Positions 18,675-34,084 of a DNA stretch of 64,000 nucleotides are shown here, one piece after another. The stretch covers positions 1 through 64,000 of IMG/VR virus record IMGVR_UViG_3300013121_000028; one strand, 5' to 3'. The stretch is from a virus (Duplodnaviria > Caudoviricetes). Below the pieces are notes generated by a model. That model saw nothing but the letters and a program-made list of their open reading frames with translations, did not search any database and was not told the origin of the DNA. Made by a program: the position numbers and the translations under genes. Each line of letters opens with the position of its first letter. Position 1 is the first letter of the stretch.

Positions 18675-20787
18675 ATGGATAATAATAAAAAGATAGTTAT
18701 ACAATTCACTTGTAATACACTTGTAGGCAGATACGTTGATTTAATGGAATTTCCATTTAGTGATATGGCTACGGCAAAGCATTATTTTGATAAGTTCAAA
18801 GAGGAGTTTACAACTGAAAATCAAATAAGGATGATTTTTATTGAAACTATAATTTCAGATAAAGTTGTTTTTAAATAATAAATAGTATAATATGAAAGAA
18901 GAAAATCAAAAGGAACAGGAAGTTTTCTCAAGAGAGAAAAATCCGTTATTTTTTAAGTTATGGGATTTAAAGTGTGTTCAGAAATGGAAGGATGAAGATA
19001 AGGATAAAAAGGATTGGGATGATTATAAAATATACGCCAAGACAACAAAAGATGTCGAGATGTCAGTTTGGAACGGAAAGCACGAACCAAGTGTAGAGGC
19101 TAATTGCAAAAGTCATATTTGCAAATCGGGAACAAGGGTTTTAGTATGGATGGTTAGTCGTATGGGTGATGTTGGTGTTACTGATAACCTTAAAAATCCG
19201 AAAGGTTATGATGCAAGAGGATTGGATGCCGATAAGGATTTAACTGACTATGAGTTTATTGAAAATAAATAATATAATATAATATAAATAATAAAATAAA
19301 ATGGAAACAGAAACAACATTGAAAGCCCCCGTATTAGATGGTGAGGAACTAAGTAAAAAAGTAAAAGAATTTGCTATGGAAGGTGCTTTAAAAAGCATTA
19401 AGGAATATTATACAGGATATAATTCTCCTTTCATGAAATCTATTAATGAGGAATTATCAAAAATGAAAATAGGTACGGGTATTGAATTACCTGATATTAT
19501 TGCTTTGATAAATGATTCTTTAACTAAAGAAATTGACATTATTGCAAATACAGCAGTTTCTAAATCATTCATTCCTTTAGTTCAAAGGTTTTTAACAAGA
19601 GAGGAAAAAGAAATGAAATTTTCTGATATTCTAAAATCATTTATATATGAATTAGATATAAAAGAAATGGATGATTGCTCGGTAGAAATAAAAGAAGAAA
19701 CCAAATATGATTGGCTAAACATAACCCTTTATCACAATGATGATTCTTATGAAATTTGTTTTCATTCTGATTGGGAATCTAAAAAACAAGGAATTAAAAA
19801 ATACCAAATACTATCTCTACCATACGACAGTAAAAATAATTATAAGAAAACCATGAAATTAAATGTTGGAGATAATGTATCATTGGAGTTACCATTTACT
19901 GAGAAGGTTTTACAAGATAAATTTATTTCTTTTGTAGCAAGATTAGTTATTGCCAACACAAAAATAACTATGGATTGTAGTGATTTCGATGAAGATATGT
20001 TCCCTAAAGAAGAATGTCATTGCTAATATTATTAATATGGAATCTGAAAATACAAATTATTCAGCATTATTAGATAATCGCAATATGGAAGAAAAACTTC
20101 GTGATTGTGATAATAAAATAAAAGAACTCGTAAAAGAACTTGGTGCTAAGAGCCATAAATTTGATATAAATTATACAATACTACTTGGTGTTCCTGTTCC
20201 TAAAGTTTTCAGTATTGTTATTGAATATGAAAATGGTAGAACCTATGGTCAATCTGATAATAGCTTTCCTGATTGCTTTGATAAATTGGTAAGGTTTATT
20301 TCTATGTATGAGAAAGTAAATAATCTTACTATTCCTCATATTAAAACAATTCAAAACATTGAAGGTTTGTATCCAATAGATAGTAAATATAAAGAAACTA
20401 ATATTATTGGAAAATTCTTAATGGTTCAGGCTATGGAAATAGCAGGATTTAATTGGAGAGATTTACCTATTAATGTGCTTAAAGAATATGAAAATCTTTG
20501 CATTAATGAAGAAAAAGATGGTGAAATGGCTGAAAAATTAAAGTCTAAAGGTCTTTTGAAATAATATGAAAAGAGGTGATAAAAACAGGGATATTGCTAA
20601 AAAATTAAAAGGTAAGCCTAAAAATGGTCATTATTGGGTACAAGATGGTTATTCTATGAGAAAAGACGATAAACTATGTAATAAATGCGGTAGTAGGCGT
20701 AAAAATAGTAATGGAATAACATCATATACTCTTTCAAATGGAGATGTTGTTTTTGAATCACCTGAATGTAAAACTATTGAATATTAA
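18675..20787 (+). other. Hypothetical CDSs (18675, 18892, 19301, ~20037, 20566)
   Basis: ORF track, operon packing. Confidence 0.6.
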
Positions 20788-20789
20788 TT

Positions 20790-21281
20790 ATGCTTTTAGA
20801 AAATCAAGTATGCTCTTTAGAGCAATCAAAAAAACTAAAGGAATTAGGAGTGAAGCAATTTAGTTTATTTTATCACTTTCCTAATCCAAACACAAAAGAA
20901 ATAAAGAAAAAATACAAAATTCCTGATTATAATGTAGTATATGGAAAAAATCATATAGGTAAAGAGTGGGAGAATATATCTGAATTAGTTATAAGAGGTG
21001 TGTTTACATCAACATACTCTGCATTTACAGTAGCAGAATTAGGTATTATGTTACCCGAATATTATCCAAGTTGGAGATTTAAAGTAAAAAATTCTATTAA
21101 ATGGATTTCAACCATTATCACAAAGGATAATGTTAAAGACGGTAAAACTATAACTACTGCTAACGAATTTGATAGATATGCTAATAACGAAGCACAGGCA
21201 AGAGCTACACTATTAATTGCTTTATTAGAAAATGATGTAATTAAAGTTTCAGAAGTTAATAAAAGATTAGTTGGTAAATAA
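20790..21281 (+). CDS. Phage hypothetical protein (QVCSLEQSKKLKELG...AFTVAELG.MLP)
   Basis: ORF; N-terminus loosely resembles family B. Confidence 0.7.
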   Translation: MLLENQVCSLEQSKKLKELGVKQFSLFYHFPNPNTKEIKKKYKIPDYNVVYGKNHIGKEWENISELVIRGVFTSTYSAFTVAELGIMLPEYYPSWRFKVKNSIKWISTIITKDNVKDGKTITTANEFDRYANNEAQARATLLIALLENDVIKVSEVNKRLVGK

Positions 21282-21291
21282 TGTAAATAAT

Positions 21292-21687
21292 ATGCCTTCT
21301 GTAAAACAAACAATAAAAAACAATATTGATAAGTCTAATAAACTCAAGCATAATAATAATGATATTGAGTTTAGAAGCACAAATAATTTACCTTTTGAAA
21401 CAGCACCATTTTATACACCTGATGTCGTTAGGTTTAGAGTTGGTACTTGCACGGGTATTTATAGTTGTGATGCGAATAATTATATCATAATAGGGATAAC
21501 CAACCATGAACAAGGAAACGGTCATTTACAGGATGTTTTTGATTGGTTTGAGAATAGTTGTAAAAGAGATAATAAAAATTTGATGGTAGCGGAATTAATG
21601 AATGATAGGTTTATGCAACACTTAATTAATAAAAGGGGCTTCAAGGCTATTGATAAAGATAATGTAGTTAAAACATTTAAACAATAA
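21292..21687 (+). CDS. Possible GNAT-like protein
   Basis: I.N..QGNGH...WFE...N.RF..HL..KRGF resembles GNAT motifs A/B. Confidence 0.4.
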   Translation: MPSVKQTIKNNIDKSNKLKHNNNDIEFRSTNNLPFETAPFYTPDVVRFRVGTCTGIYSCDANNYIIIGITNHEQGNGHLQDVFDWFENSCKRDNKNLMVAELMNDRFMQHLINKRGFKAIDKDNVVKTFKQ

Positions 21688-21693
21688 ATAACT

Positions 21694-22454
21694 ATGGAAA
21701 CAAAAGAAAGATTTGACAATAAAATAACAGAAGTTGAAAATGCGGTAGAAGAATACTTCTGTAAGGAAATGGATAAAGCACCGAAGGATTATTTTGATAA
21801 AGATATTACTGATTTACTATTAGAACTTTTGATGAAAAAGTCATTGCCTTTATCAGATGTAGCTAAAAAAGATAAATTCTTTTTATATGAATTAATTGAG
21901 AAAAGGGTTCAGTTCTGCTTTACTTTCAAAATTGAAGATGCCCGTGTCATTATTTTACTATGCCAAGTTGCTAAAAATGCAGGTACGGCTGTCATGTATT
22001 TGACTTATATTCAATATTTACTAAAGAAACGTAATGAAAGAGTATTGACTTTGGATAATCTTTGCCGTTTTTTCCCAAGTGGTTTTATTAATGAAGATGT
22101 TTTACACGAAATTTGGGATAAACAAAAAATAAAAAATAAATATGGTAGTAGTGATAATTTATTAGATTATCAATCAGCTATGAAGTCAATACAATATCAT
22201 GATAATGATGATAATGATAAAAAAAATAATAATTAATTATGAAGTATTTTATTGTATTAATAATTGGTGAGATTATCGGATACCTTGTTTACACAAGTAT
22301 TATTATGCCAAGCGACATAGAGCAAAGAGCTAAAGAATTGAATCTCCTTAAATATGATAGCAAACTCAATAAGTTTGTTATTAAGGATAGTGTTACGATT
22401 GATAATTATGATTTTGAATACTTAAAACACGGTATTTTAAAACACAACAAATAA
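21694..22454 (+). other. Two hypothetical CDSs (21694-22236, 22239-22454 with N-terminal TM)
   Basis: ORF track. Confidence 0.6.
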
Positions 22455-22509
22455 AAAACACCTGTTAATATCTTTTTTAATGAAATTACGCATTGTTAAT
22501 ATTTTTCCT

Positions 22510-22540
22510 TTTGATAAACATTGTTTAATTAGTAAATTTG
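22510..22540 (+). promoter_or_regulatory. Bacteroidota-type promoter (-33 TTTG, -7 TAAATTTG)
   Basis: TTTG 22510-22513, 19 nt spacer, TAAATTTG 22533-22540. Confidence 0.65.
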
Positions 22541-22587
22541 CAGAAACTACGGTCAATTCTAATTTCTACAAACTAATTAATTTTACT

Positions 22588-23100
22588 ATGCAAAAATCAA
22601 ATGTTTTGATAAATGATGTTTCAAAATTTAAAAGAGCTTTCAATCTTTTTGAATATTATTTAAAAAATGAAAACTATTTAAATTTAATTAAAGACAATTT
22701 ACTTCCTGAACAAATTAAAGAAATTATAACAGGAATAAAGTTCACGGAATTAAGGGGTATTATTTATTCATTTTTAGATAAAAATAACATATTTATATCA
22801 ATAAGTCCATACGATATTAATTATATCGAAAAAGATAATAAGGCTCATGTGAAATGGAGATATATAATTAACATTGATGGTAATGATATAATTGAAAGTG
22901 ATTTTGACAAGAGAGAGTATGCTGAATTTATATGTTTTAAAAAAGCATTTCAATTCTTAGACACAAAATTATTTATTGAACAAACAAGCAATAGGTTTTA
23001 TGATGAAACTTCTGATTCATCATGCCTTAATGTTAATTGGAAGCATTTAGATAAAGTATTAAATCATAAAAGAAAATTATCAAATTCAACAAATGGGTAG
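22588..23100 (+). CDS. Hypothetical protein (start re-assigned to 22588, downstream of promoter)
   Basis: In-frame ATG after the promoter; shares FLD..I.I.P...W...R..A....K.F with 23712..24107. Confidence 0.65.
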   Translation: MQKSNVLINDVSKFKRAFNLFEYYLKNENYLNLIKDNLLPEQIKEIITGIKFTELRGIIYSFLDKNNIFISISPYDINYIEKDNKAHVKWRYIINIDGNDIIESDFDKREYAEFICFKKAFQFLDTKLFIEQTSNRFYDETSDSSCLNVNWKHLDKVLNHKRKLSNSTNG

Positions 23101-24107
23101 TGTTATTGAATATAAAGAGTGTAGTTGCGGTAATAAAGATATGTCGTCTGATTACCATTACAAAACAGAAGAATTATTTGAGTTTTGTGATGTATGCGGT
23201 TATTTCCATTCTATTACATTAAAAAATAAATGTGAGGATGGTAATTATCCTGATGATTGGAAGCCTGAATACGATGAACAAGAAGGTAGAACGGGATATG
23301 TTATTAAGGTATTTGAGAATGATTTAGAAGGACATATTGTAACCTGTGTTGATAAAACAAACTTAAAGCAAATGCTTAATTCTTTAAAGAATGATAAATT
23401 AGTAAATAAATTTTGTGTAACATTCAAGGATACTAATGGATATTATCAAACACAGATATTTAATAAGCCAAAACTTTATAAATTTGAGGTAACTCATTTA
23501 ATTGATGTTGTTAGTAATAATCCCGATGATTACACAATAAAAAATACTGTACTTGCTAAAAACGAAGTGGATGCAATAAAGAAAGTCGCTATAAGTATTA
23601 CAGTTAAGGATTCAAGTAATATTGAATGGATTAATAGTTTAAAAGGTAATCATGAAGAAGTTATGAAGGAATTAATGAGAGGTAGATATTGTTTTACAAA
23701 CGTAATTAGGATTGATTAATATGGATACTGATATAATAAAAATATTAAGCAATATATTTTATGATATGGGTGATACCCATAAACAAATAGTTAGTTTTTA
23801 TGAAAGAGAAAATACTGATTATATAAACCTAGAACAATTCATTAAAATTTGTGAGAAGAATAATATAATCAATAATCCAAATGAGTTATTAAATTTTTTG
23901 GATAGTGTGGATATTAAATTAGGTATATTACCCATGTTAAACTCACCTAATGAATGGACTTGCAGAATTTATTATGACAATAATATTATAATATCGGGTG
24001 AATATTTCTCAAGAAAAGAAGCAACATTAATTGGTATAGAAAAATCATTTTACTTATACCACAACAAATCATTGAAAACAGAAAAAAATGGAAAAAACAG
24101 AATCTAA
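23093..24107 (+). other. Two hypothetical CDSs (23093-23719 with Zn-ribbon; ~23721-24107)
   Basis: CSCG and CDVCG motifs; ORF track. Confidence 0.6.
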
Positions 24108-24381
24108 ACAGAAACAAAAAAAATCACCTAAAAAGAAATCTTCTAAGAAGAAATCTGAAATTAAAAAAATACCTAAGATTAAGATTTGGATGATGGAAAA
24201 CGGCATTAATCAAAAAGATTTAGCCGAAAGAACTTCATTGTCTACAAATACAATTAATAGGTTTGTGAATAAAGGAAAAGCAACTAAGTCAGTTATTAAG
24301 TTGATTGCATTTGAATTAGGTATTTCGGTTGAAAAAATAAATGAGTTGCTTGTTGATAACGAGCCTATTACTAAAAATTAA
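24088..24381 (+). CDS. XRE-family helix-turn-helix regulator
   Basis: GINQKDLAERTSLSTNTINRFVN...IAFELGISV. Confidence 0.8.
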   Translation: MEKTESKQKQKKSPKKKSSKKKSEIKKIPKIKIWMMENGINQKDLAERTSLSTNTINRFVNKGKATKSVIKLIAFELGISVEKINELLVDNEPITKN

Positions 24382-24392
24382 ATATAAATATT

Positions 24393-26710
<2,318 letters not shown>

Positions 26711-26795
26711 TGTTTGAAAGTATATTAATAGCAGGTGTATTAATATTATGTGGTGTATCAATAGGGTTATTAATATGTAAAAAATTAAAAAAATA

Positions 26796-27179
26796 ATGTG
26801 TTTAAGTGATACAGCAGAATATTGGTTTGATGTTAAAAACAGGATGCCTTATAATGGCAGACATTTTACTCATATTCCAAATTCAACCTGTGGACATATA
26901 AAAAAAGAAACGGGTAATACTGATGTATCTGAATACATTAATGATATTAATTGTTTCGCCTGTTTAAAGTTAATTGAACAAAACGGAAATGTTTACGGAC
27001 TTAAAGATGGCATTTCTAAAAGGCAACAAAGAGAGATTGATAGAGAAAAACATAGGTTTAGGTTTGGTAAATGTGATTGTGGTAGTCCTATGGTAATAAG
27101 AAAGAACGGAAAAGATAATAGAGAGTTTTTGGGATGCAAGAATTATCCTAAATGCAGAAAAACAAAATCAATACAATGA
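26796..27179 (+). CDS. Protein with topoisomerase C4 zinc-finger
   Basis: CDCGSPMVIRK...FLGCKNYPKCR. Confidence 0.75.
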   Translation: MCLSDTAEYWFDVKNRMPYNGRHFTHIPNSTCGHIKKETGNTDVSEYINDINCFACLKLIEQNGNVYGLKDGISKRQQREIDREKHRFRFGKCDCGSPMVIRKNGKDNREFLGCKNYPKCRKTKSIQ

Positions 27180-29862
27180 GTAAAAATAACGATATAAAAT
27201 ACTATTCATATTCAAACATTCATCAGGGAGAAAGATATTTCCGTGTAAAAGATAATAATAGTGATGTTCTGCAAATAGTAACTAAAGTTACTGAAAAAAA
27301 AGGAAGGGTGTATTGTTTAGGTGTTTCATACATTAGATACAGTACTTTTATTGGTTCTTGGGGATGGAAAATTAAAGAATCACGTTGGTTAAAAGAAATT
27401 ACAAAGAATGATTTTAATAGTCAACTTAAAAAGATGATAAAAATGATTAAATGGAAGTAAACGAAGAAATAATAAAACAAATTTATGAGGCTGAATTTGG
27501 TGTTGTTAAAGAAGAAGAAGGTTATACTTTACAGATATACAAAAACTATAAAAATAATTATGTCGTTGTTTTGTGGTATGGAAGAAGTAGTTGGGTTGAT
27601 AACGATAAGGTAAGACAAGTTGTTTACAATTCAAAAGGAGAAAAAATATAATGAATAAAGATTTTAATTGGAATAAGGATGATGTTAGAGCGTATGGAAT
27701 ACTATGTGCTATATTAGGTTTTATTATAGGTGTATTGGGTACTATTTTCGTTCAGGAAATTAATAATATTTTAATGTAAAGTATGGATAGTAATTTAAAA
27801 TTAATATTAGCAGAATTTGACAAACTTAAAGGACAGTTTGTTATAACAGATGATTGGACAGTAATGCGACTTATTGCTATTGGTTCAGACAATATGGATT
27901 ATTATTATGTTTGTTATGATGGTAGGAAGCTATATTGGTACACTTGTGTAGGTAGAATAATTCCATTGAGGGGTAAAATTGATGATGAACATTATAATGA
28001 GTTTATAAGATTGGCTAAGTTAAACCATTTCGACCAACCTACAATTTGGGGTCATAATCCCGATGATTTAGTTGAACAAAAAGAAGGTGATAAATCCCAA
28101 CCAATAACATATAAAGTTCTTTGTGATAAACATAAAAGGCAAATTTTAAGAAAAGCAGAAACTCATGACAAGTTTTTAAGCGAAGTTTGTTGGGATTTAA
28201 ATTAATGAAAATATTTTATGAAAAAAGAATTTATATCAAACGCAGGACATGAAGGAATGTTAATTGACTGTGGTGCTTATGAGGTTGAGATATTTAAAAG
28301 TATCGTTGACTCTAATTTAGGTAACTGTATTAAATACACAAATAAGTCAAATAAAAACACAAACATAACTCCTTTTGCTTTTTTTATTGATTGGGATAAA
28401 GATGAAGATGGTGGTAAAATATCATTAAAACATAGAGATAGATGGGGTTCTGAAATGATTTTTATTCACTACCAACCAAGTGATTTAAAAGGGATGTTTG
28501 ATTTTATTGCGAAGGGATATAATTTTTATGATAAATTAATTAAAATATAAATAACATGGGAAGAAAAAAATTAAGTAACAATAAAGGCGGTAGTCTTTGT
28601 AGTGGATGGAGAGTATTTCCCGATGGAAGTAAATGTAAAGGATGTATTGACTGCAACTTTGGTAAAAAAACAAATGCTGTTTCTAAAAAGAAAACTACCA
28701 ATAAGAAAAAATAATTATGAAAATAGAATCAAAATATATTCATAAAAAAAAGCATTTTGTTATTACTATAAGAGGTAATAGGAATATTGATATGTCAGAT
28801 AATGTTTTAAAAAAACGACCTCATTTATACATTATTGATAAAGGCAAAGTATCAAATAATTTTGGTTCGGGTGGTTTTAAGTATTATCAAAGATTTTTAT
28901 GCCGTTTTAAACCTTATTGCAAATATCATAAGCCTATGAATAGTAAACTTGGATATATTGGTTTTCACGATTGGGCTGATAGAAAGGTTAATATGGGACA
29001 CTCACAGATACAATGTCCCGATTGTTTGAGATATTTATTTAAATGTGAATTTAACAACGATAAAAAATGGAGAAGCTTGAAAAACCAAAAAAACCGATAG
29101 AACCTAATCATAAAGACTATCCTACACCTAAAGAACCTAATGGAAAAAATTATTTAGGACAACCATTATTTTTAAAAACAGAATATTATGATGCTTATAA
29201 AAAATGGCAAAATGATATGGTTAAATATGAAAAAGATTTAGAGTTGTACGAACAAACAAAACTAATTCGTTTAATTAAAAATGCTAATATTAAGTTCATA
29301 TTGAAAAAGTATAAAATAATTGAAAGAATATAATAATGAGTAAATCAGAAGATGAAATAATACAAGATTATGAAAAACTAATATCAAACAAGATAATTGA
29401 TATTGCTAATACATATCATGATAGATTATGTATGAGTAACGCATCAGGATTTAGTCAAAAATGTGGTTGTTGCAAAAAAGATGTAACCACAACAACTTCA
29501 ATAGAACATGATAGCAGAGATTATTCAAAAGACCTTAGTATTTGTGTTGATTGTTATGCTAAAATTGTAACATATTGGAGTAATAATAACCCTAAAAAGA
29601 TTTCACCTATTTAATGACAAACATAACAGATAATAAAGAACAAACACTTTTAGTTGTTAAAGACAATGAATTTTCGTTTTGGATGAAAATCATGCTTATG
29701 TTTGAAAAGAAACTTAAATATGAGGGGTTATTTTATCATGCAATTTATGTTCCATACAACGGTAAAGCCTATGTGTATAAATATTGGGTAAATCCAAGAA
29801 TAAGAAGGGCTAATGAAAGTGAATCAGATTATTGGACTCGTATGGAAAGTTTAAAAGTATAA
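27152..29862 (+). other. Run of small hypothetical CDSs (27152 to 29614)
   Basis: Abutting ORFs. Confidence 0.55.
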
Positions 29863-29869
29863 ATTATTT

Positions 29870-30592
29870 ATGATTGATGTAATAATAGATTTTGAGTTTA
29901 CGGGATTGGATAATACTTTTATTACCGATAACGAAATTATTCAAATGAAGGCTGTAAATAATAATACGGGGCAATATGTTCTCTCAACCTTTGCTTCAGA
30001 TAAAAGGAGTAATGCAGGTGCTTTTTTAAAACATCGTATTAATAACGAAAGTTTATCACAAAAATTAAATAAAGAACTGTTTGAAGAAGTATTAACCGAA
30101 ATCGGAATTAAAAAAGAACATATTTACAATTCAAAAGAGGTTAATTATCATGGCTTTTCTGTTTCTCAAGACTTATTGATGTTGAGAAAATATAATATTT
30201 ATATTGATATTATTGACATTAGGGAAAAACTTCAGTTATCGAAATTTGAGAAAAGATTAGCCATAGAGGGTAGCTCTTTGGAATGTGCTTATTACATTGT
30301 TTTAAATGCAATTTACGATATAAGCCATCATGGGGACTTGGATGAACTAATTATGATACAAAGTTTATTCAATTCGCTTAAAAACCTTGATTTAAATAAA
30401 TTATTTACAGTAATGCCTCACGGACATTGTGCGGGGATGCCGATAGCTGATTATGTTTTTGAATACAGGCGACAAGCCGATGGTTACAGGTTTAATAACA
30501 GCGACATTTTAGCCGATTCATTGAATTATTGGATTGACAATATTGAAGATGATGATTATTTGAGATTTGATGATGATGATGATGATAACTAA
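29870..30592 (+). CDS. DEDD/DnaQ-like exonuclease, divergent
   Basis: IIDFEFTG...EIIQ ExoI motif; QD and SHH..LDE approximating ExoII/III. Confidence 0.6.
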   Translation: MIDVIIDFEFTGLDNTFITDNEIIQMKAVNNNTGQYVLSTFASDKRSNAGAFLKHRINNESLSQKLNKELFEEVLTEIGIKKEHIYNSKEVNYHGFSVSQDLLMLRKYNIYIDIIDIREKLQLSKFEKRLAIEGSSLECAYYIVLNAIYDISHHGDLDELIMIQSLFNSLKNLDLNKLFTVMPHGHCAGMPIADYVFEYRRQADGYRFNNSDILADSLNYWIDNIEDDDYLRFDDDDDDN

Positions 30593-30639
30593 TAGCTTAA
30601 AAGTTATAAACAACTTATTTATTTAATACTTTTTTTACT

Positions 30640-30647
30640 TATTTTTG
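30640..30647 (+). promoter_or_regulatory. Bacteroidota -7 box (TATTTTTG)
   Basis: TAnnTTTG in the intergenic gap 13 nt before ATG 30661. Confidence 0.45.
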
Positions 30648-30660
30648 ACACTTATTAATA

Positions 30661-32326
30661 ATGACGATAGAATTTAAATACGGTTTTGAGTATAAAGGAT
30701 TTACATACGGTTGGAGTAAAAAAGAACTTTATAGACTACCATCTGTTTCAGGAAATAAATCATACGGATTGAAAAAACTTCCATTAATTTTAGTTGGAAG
30801 TAAATCGGGTTACAGGATTAAGAAAGATAAATTTTCTATTGACCAATTAAAATCAATGTCAAAGGAAATTAATAAAAGTTTTGAAGTTATTAACGATAAT
30901 ATTGATTTGCCTGTATGACATTTCATGATGATTTAGAGTTTATGAAATTCCAATGTAAGCATTGGGAAGGTCTTTACGGGTTTAACGAAAAGACTAAAAA
31001 TATTATTGGAGTTCATTATCCATTCATGTTGCTTAATAAACATGGTATTTTATTCAATAAATTTAATTCTACGGAATTAAAAGATGATGAAAGGCTTTTG
31101 ATAAAAAAGGCAATAAAAAGGATAAATAGTCCGATAGAAAAAACTCCTAGTTTTATTTTGAGATTTGTTTCATCTGTAAAAATTGTTTATAGTGAGAAGA
31201 ATGAAAAACTGAAGTTATTTCATGGATTATTTTACGACAGAAATAATGACTCATGCACAGAACTTACATTTACTGTAATAAACAATAAGGTATGTGATAT
31301 TTTTAATAACGTATTTGGATTAATACCTGATAATTACATTTATTTCGGTATTGAAATACCAAAAGACATTCTAAAAAAGGCAATAATAAATAAAGGTTTA
31401 TCAGTAGAAGTTGATAATCCTAATTATGAATTAAAACCTAATGCTACTACAATTTTCATAAAAGGATTAGATGATTTAGTTAAGTATTATTATAAATAAA
31501 AGAATGGCTATTGAAATTATTAAATCGGTCAGAGATTTTACTAAAGAGGATTTGAAAAATATATTTATAAGTATATTATCAATACCTGAATTTGCTCATG
31601 ATGAACTAAAATACACATTCAATGATATTGATGATAATTGTTCAAGGCAGGTTTTTTGTGATTCAACGGGTTACAGTTTGATTATTTTTAATGATTATAG
31701 TATAAAATTAAGTTCTTCTGTTTATACAATAACAACTATACCAACTATAAAAATAATAAATGCACTTATTAACATTAACGCAATAAAGTTAAATTAATGA
31801 TTACACTTAAAGAATATAAACAAGCTAAGAAAATTGTAGATGAATATGAAATGCAATCTAAGATTGTATTGGATAATAATCATAAAAATCTTAGAAAAGG
31901 AGATTATGTAAAAACAACTAAAGGTTGTAGGTTCAATGGTATATTTTTTGGTCATATAGTTGGTTTCACTAAATGGAGAAATTATCATGCAGTTAAAGTA
32001 AAAAAGGAATCAAGTGAGTTTACAAATCGTAGAATTGTAATCTGTTTAGCTAAAAATTTAATTAAAATATAAATATGGGAGTTATAAAAAAGATAAACGG
32101 TGAAATACACTATACTCGCAGAGTATCAAACACAAACAAGGATACAATTACACTTATTGCGTACTTAGATTATCAAAAAAGAACATATACTATTTGTGAA
32201 CCATGTCAGGAATCAGTATTTTTTGGTAAATCTAAAATTGAATATGATTTAGCAAAAGTGGAACTATTAAAACAAGCATTAAACAGCATTAAGAAAGAAC
32301 TAAATATTAAATCAACTAAAAGATAA
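30661..32326 (+). other. Hypothetical CDSs (30661, 30915, 31504, 31797, 32075)
   Basis: ORF track. Confidence 0.6.
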
Positions 32327-32518
32327 ATAAAATGGAAAAAAGTCAATTAGTATATGAAATAGAAACAAAAATAAAGGAATATGAAAAAAAGATTGGCGGT
32401 ACATTTTCAGATGATGTTAGTGATGCTAATAATAGAATAGCTATCTCAAATCTTTATTTAGCTTTAGCAACACTTTATACTGATAAAAAATAAATAAACA
32501 ACTAAAAAAACAAAAACT

Positions 32519-32752
32519 ATGGCAAAAAAAACAGACAACAGTTTTGAAACAAAAACTAAAAAAGTAGCAGACTACTTAATCAAAAACAAAAATATTACAA
32601 GTTGGGATGCAATCAATAAATTTAAAGCAACCCGATTAAGTGCAATTATTTTTAATTTAAAAAAGCGTGGATTTATCATTGAAACAAGAATGGAAAAAAA
32701 CTCTAATTCTACATTTGCAAGATACCACTTCAGAGGAATTAAAAAGAAATAA
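32519..32752 (+). CDS. Winged helix-turn-helix protein
   Basis: YL.....ITSWDAI..F..TRLSAIIFNLKKRG.I phage wHTH signature. Confidence 0.7.
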   Translation: MAKKTDNSFETKTKKVADYLIKNKNITSWDAINKFKATRLSAIIFNLKKRGFIIETRMEKNSNSTFARYHFRGIKKK

Positions 32753-32820
32753 AAACAATAATATATACGGGCGGAATAATTAAATAAAATTACATATCAT
32801 AAATTAAAAATAAATAAAAA

Positions 32821-34014
32821 ATGAAAAGACACACATCACTCGCAGAATTGGTAACGGAGTTGAAAGACCAAAATTTGCAAAAGAAAGATTTTGTAGTTCC
32901 TGCAAATCTTATTTCTATGGAAAACGGTAAATTAGTTGTAAATAACTACAACAACAATGACAGTCTTTCAAAACTATTACACGAAGTAGGGGTTACTTCT
33001 GAGGATTCAAATAAACTCATTTTGGGTTGTTTACCAATTTTGCATGATGGTTTGGCAACAAAACTTGAAATACCTAAAGTATATTACAATCGTATTCAAT
33101 CATTATCAGATACATCATTAATTGATACAAATGTTTCTTATTGGTTAAAAAACATGAAGGGTAATGTATTTTTAAGAACATTTATAAATAAAGAAAAGAA
33201 TGAGGGATATGCCCGTGCAATACTTTCTGACCGATACAATGTTATTGACAATTTTGATGTTCTTTTCGCTACACTTGAAGCTGTTAAAAATAGTGGGTTA
33301 AACCTTAAAATTGATGATGATGGATGTGATTTAAGTGAATCAAGGATGTATGTCCGTTTTATTTCCCCTGAAATTGAAATAAATGCCCCTCAAATCGTTA
33401 AAAACTATAAAAACCCTAAAGGTGGTGGTAACGTAGGTGATGGTATCATTACGGGGTTTGTAATCGCAAATTCAGAATTAGGTAAAGGGTCGTTTTCAAT
33501 CAGTCCAAGAGCAGTTGTTTTAAAATGTGCTAATGGTATGGTATTTAAGAACGATGCTTTTGGTAAGGTTCACTTGGGTTCTAAAATGGAAGAATACAGC
33601 CATATTGATTGGAGTGAAGAAACAAAGCGTAAAAACTATGAGTTAATCCAATCTCAAGTTAAAGATGCGGTTAAAAAGTTTGCAAGTGAGGAATATTTGG
33701 CTAAAAAGATAAGCGAACTTCAGGAATATGCCGAGCAGGAATTAAAACATCCTGTTGAAACCATTAAAAACGTAAGTAAATTCTTAAATGTAACAGAAGA
33801 AAAAGAAAAGAGTATTCTTGACTTCTTTATGCGTGGAGGTGATTTTACAGCTATGGGAGTAAGTCAGGCATTAACTTTCTATGCACACGAAACAAAAGAT
33901 GCTGATGAAGCATACGAAATGGAAACAAGTGCTATTGATATTCTACCTAAAATTAAGGATTTGGATAAGCCGACAGTTATGAAATCTGTAAAAACTCAAA
34001 TGGCAATGAACTAA
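32821..34014 (+). CDS. DUF932-like phage protein
   Basis: RAILSDRY...DN, G...NSELG.GS, L.CANGM, H.G motifs. Confidence 0.7.
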   Translation: MKRHTSLAELVTELKDQNLQKKDFVVPANLISMENGKLVVNNYNNNDSLSKLLHEVGVTSEDSNKLILGCLPILHDGLATKLEIPKVYYNRIQSLSDTSLIDTNVSYWLKNMKGNVFLRTFINKEKNEGYARAILSDRYNVIDNFDVLFATLEAVKNSGLNLKIDDDGCDLSESRMYVRFISPEIEINAPQIVKNYKNPKGGGNVGDGIITGFVIANSELGKGSFSISPRAVVLKCANGMVFKNDAFGKVHLGSKMEEYSHIDWSEETKRKNYELIQSQVKDAVKKFASEEYLAKKISELQEYAEQELKHPVETIKNVSKFLNVTEEKEKSILDFFMRGGDFTAMGVSQALTFYAHETKDADEAYEMETSAIDILPKIKDLDKPTVMKSVKTQMAMN

Positions 34015-34019
34015 AATTA

Positions 34020-34084
34020 TTTTGGTTTGGAATTTTTACAAAAAGTAAGAGGGTGGAAATCACGCCACCCTCTCCAAACCAAAA
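34020..34084. terminator. Nested stem-loop after the DUF932 gene
   Basis: Outer ttttggtttgg/ccaaaccaaaa, inner agagggtgg/ccaccctct. Confidence 0.55.
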
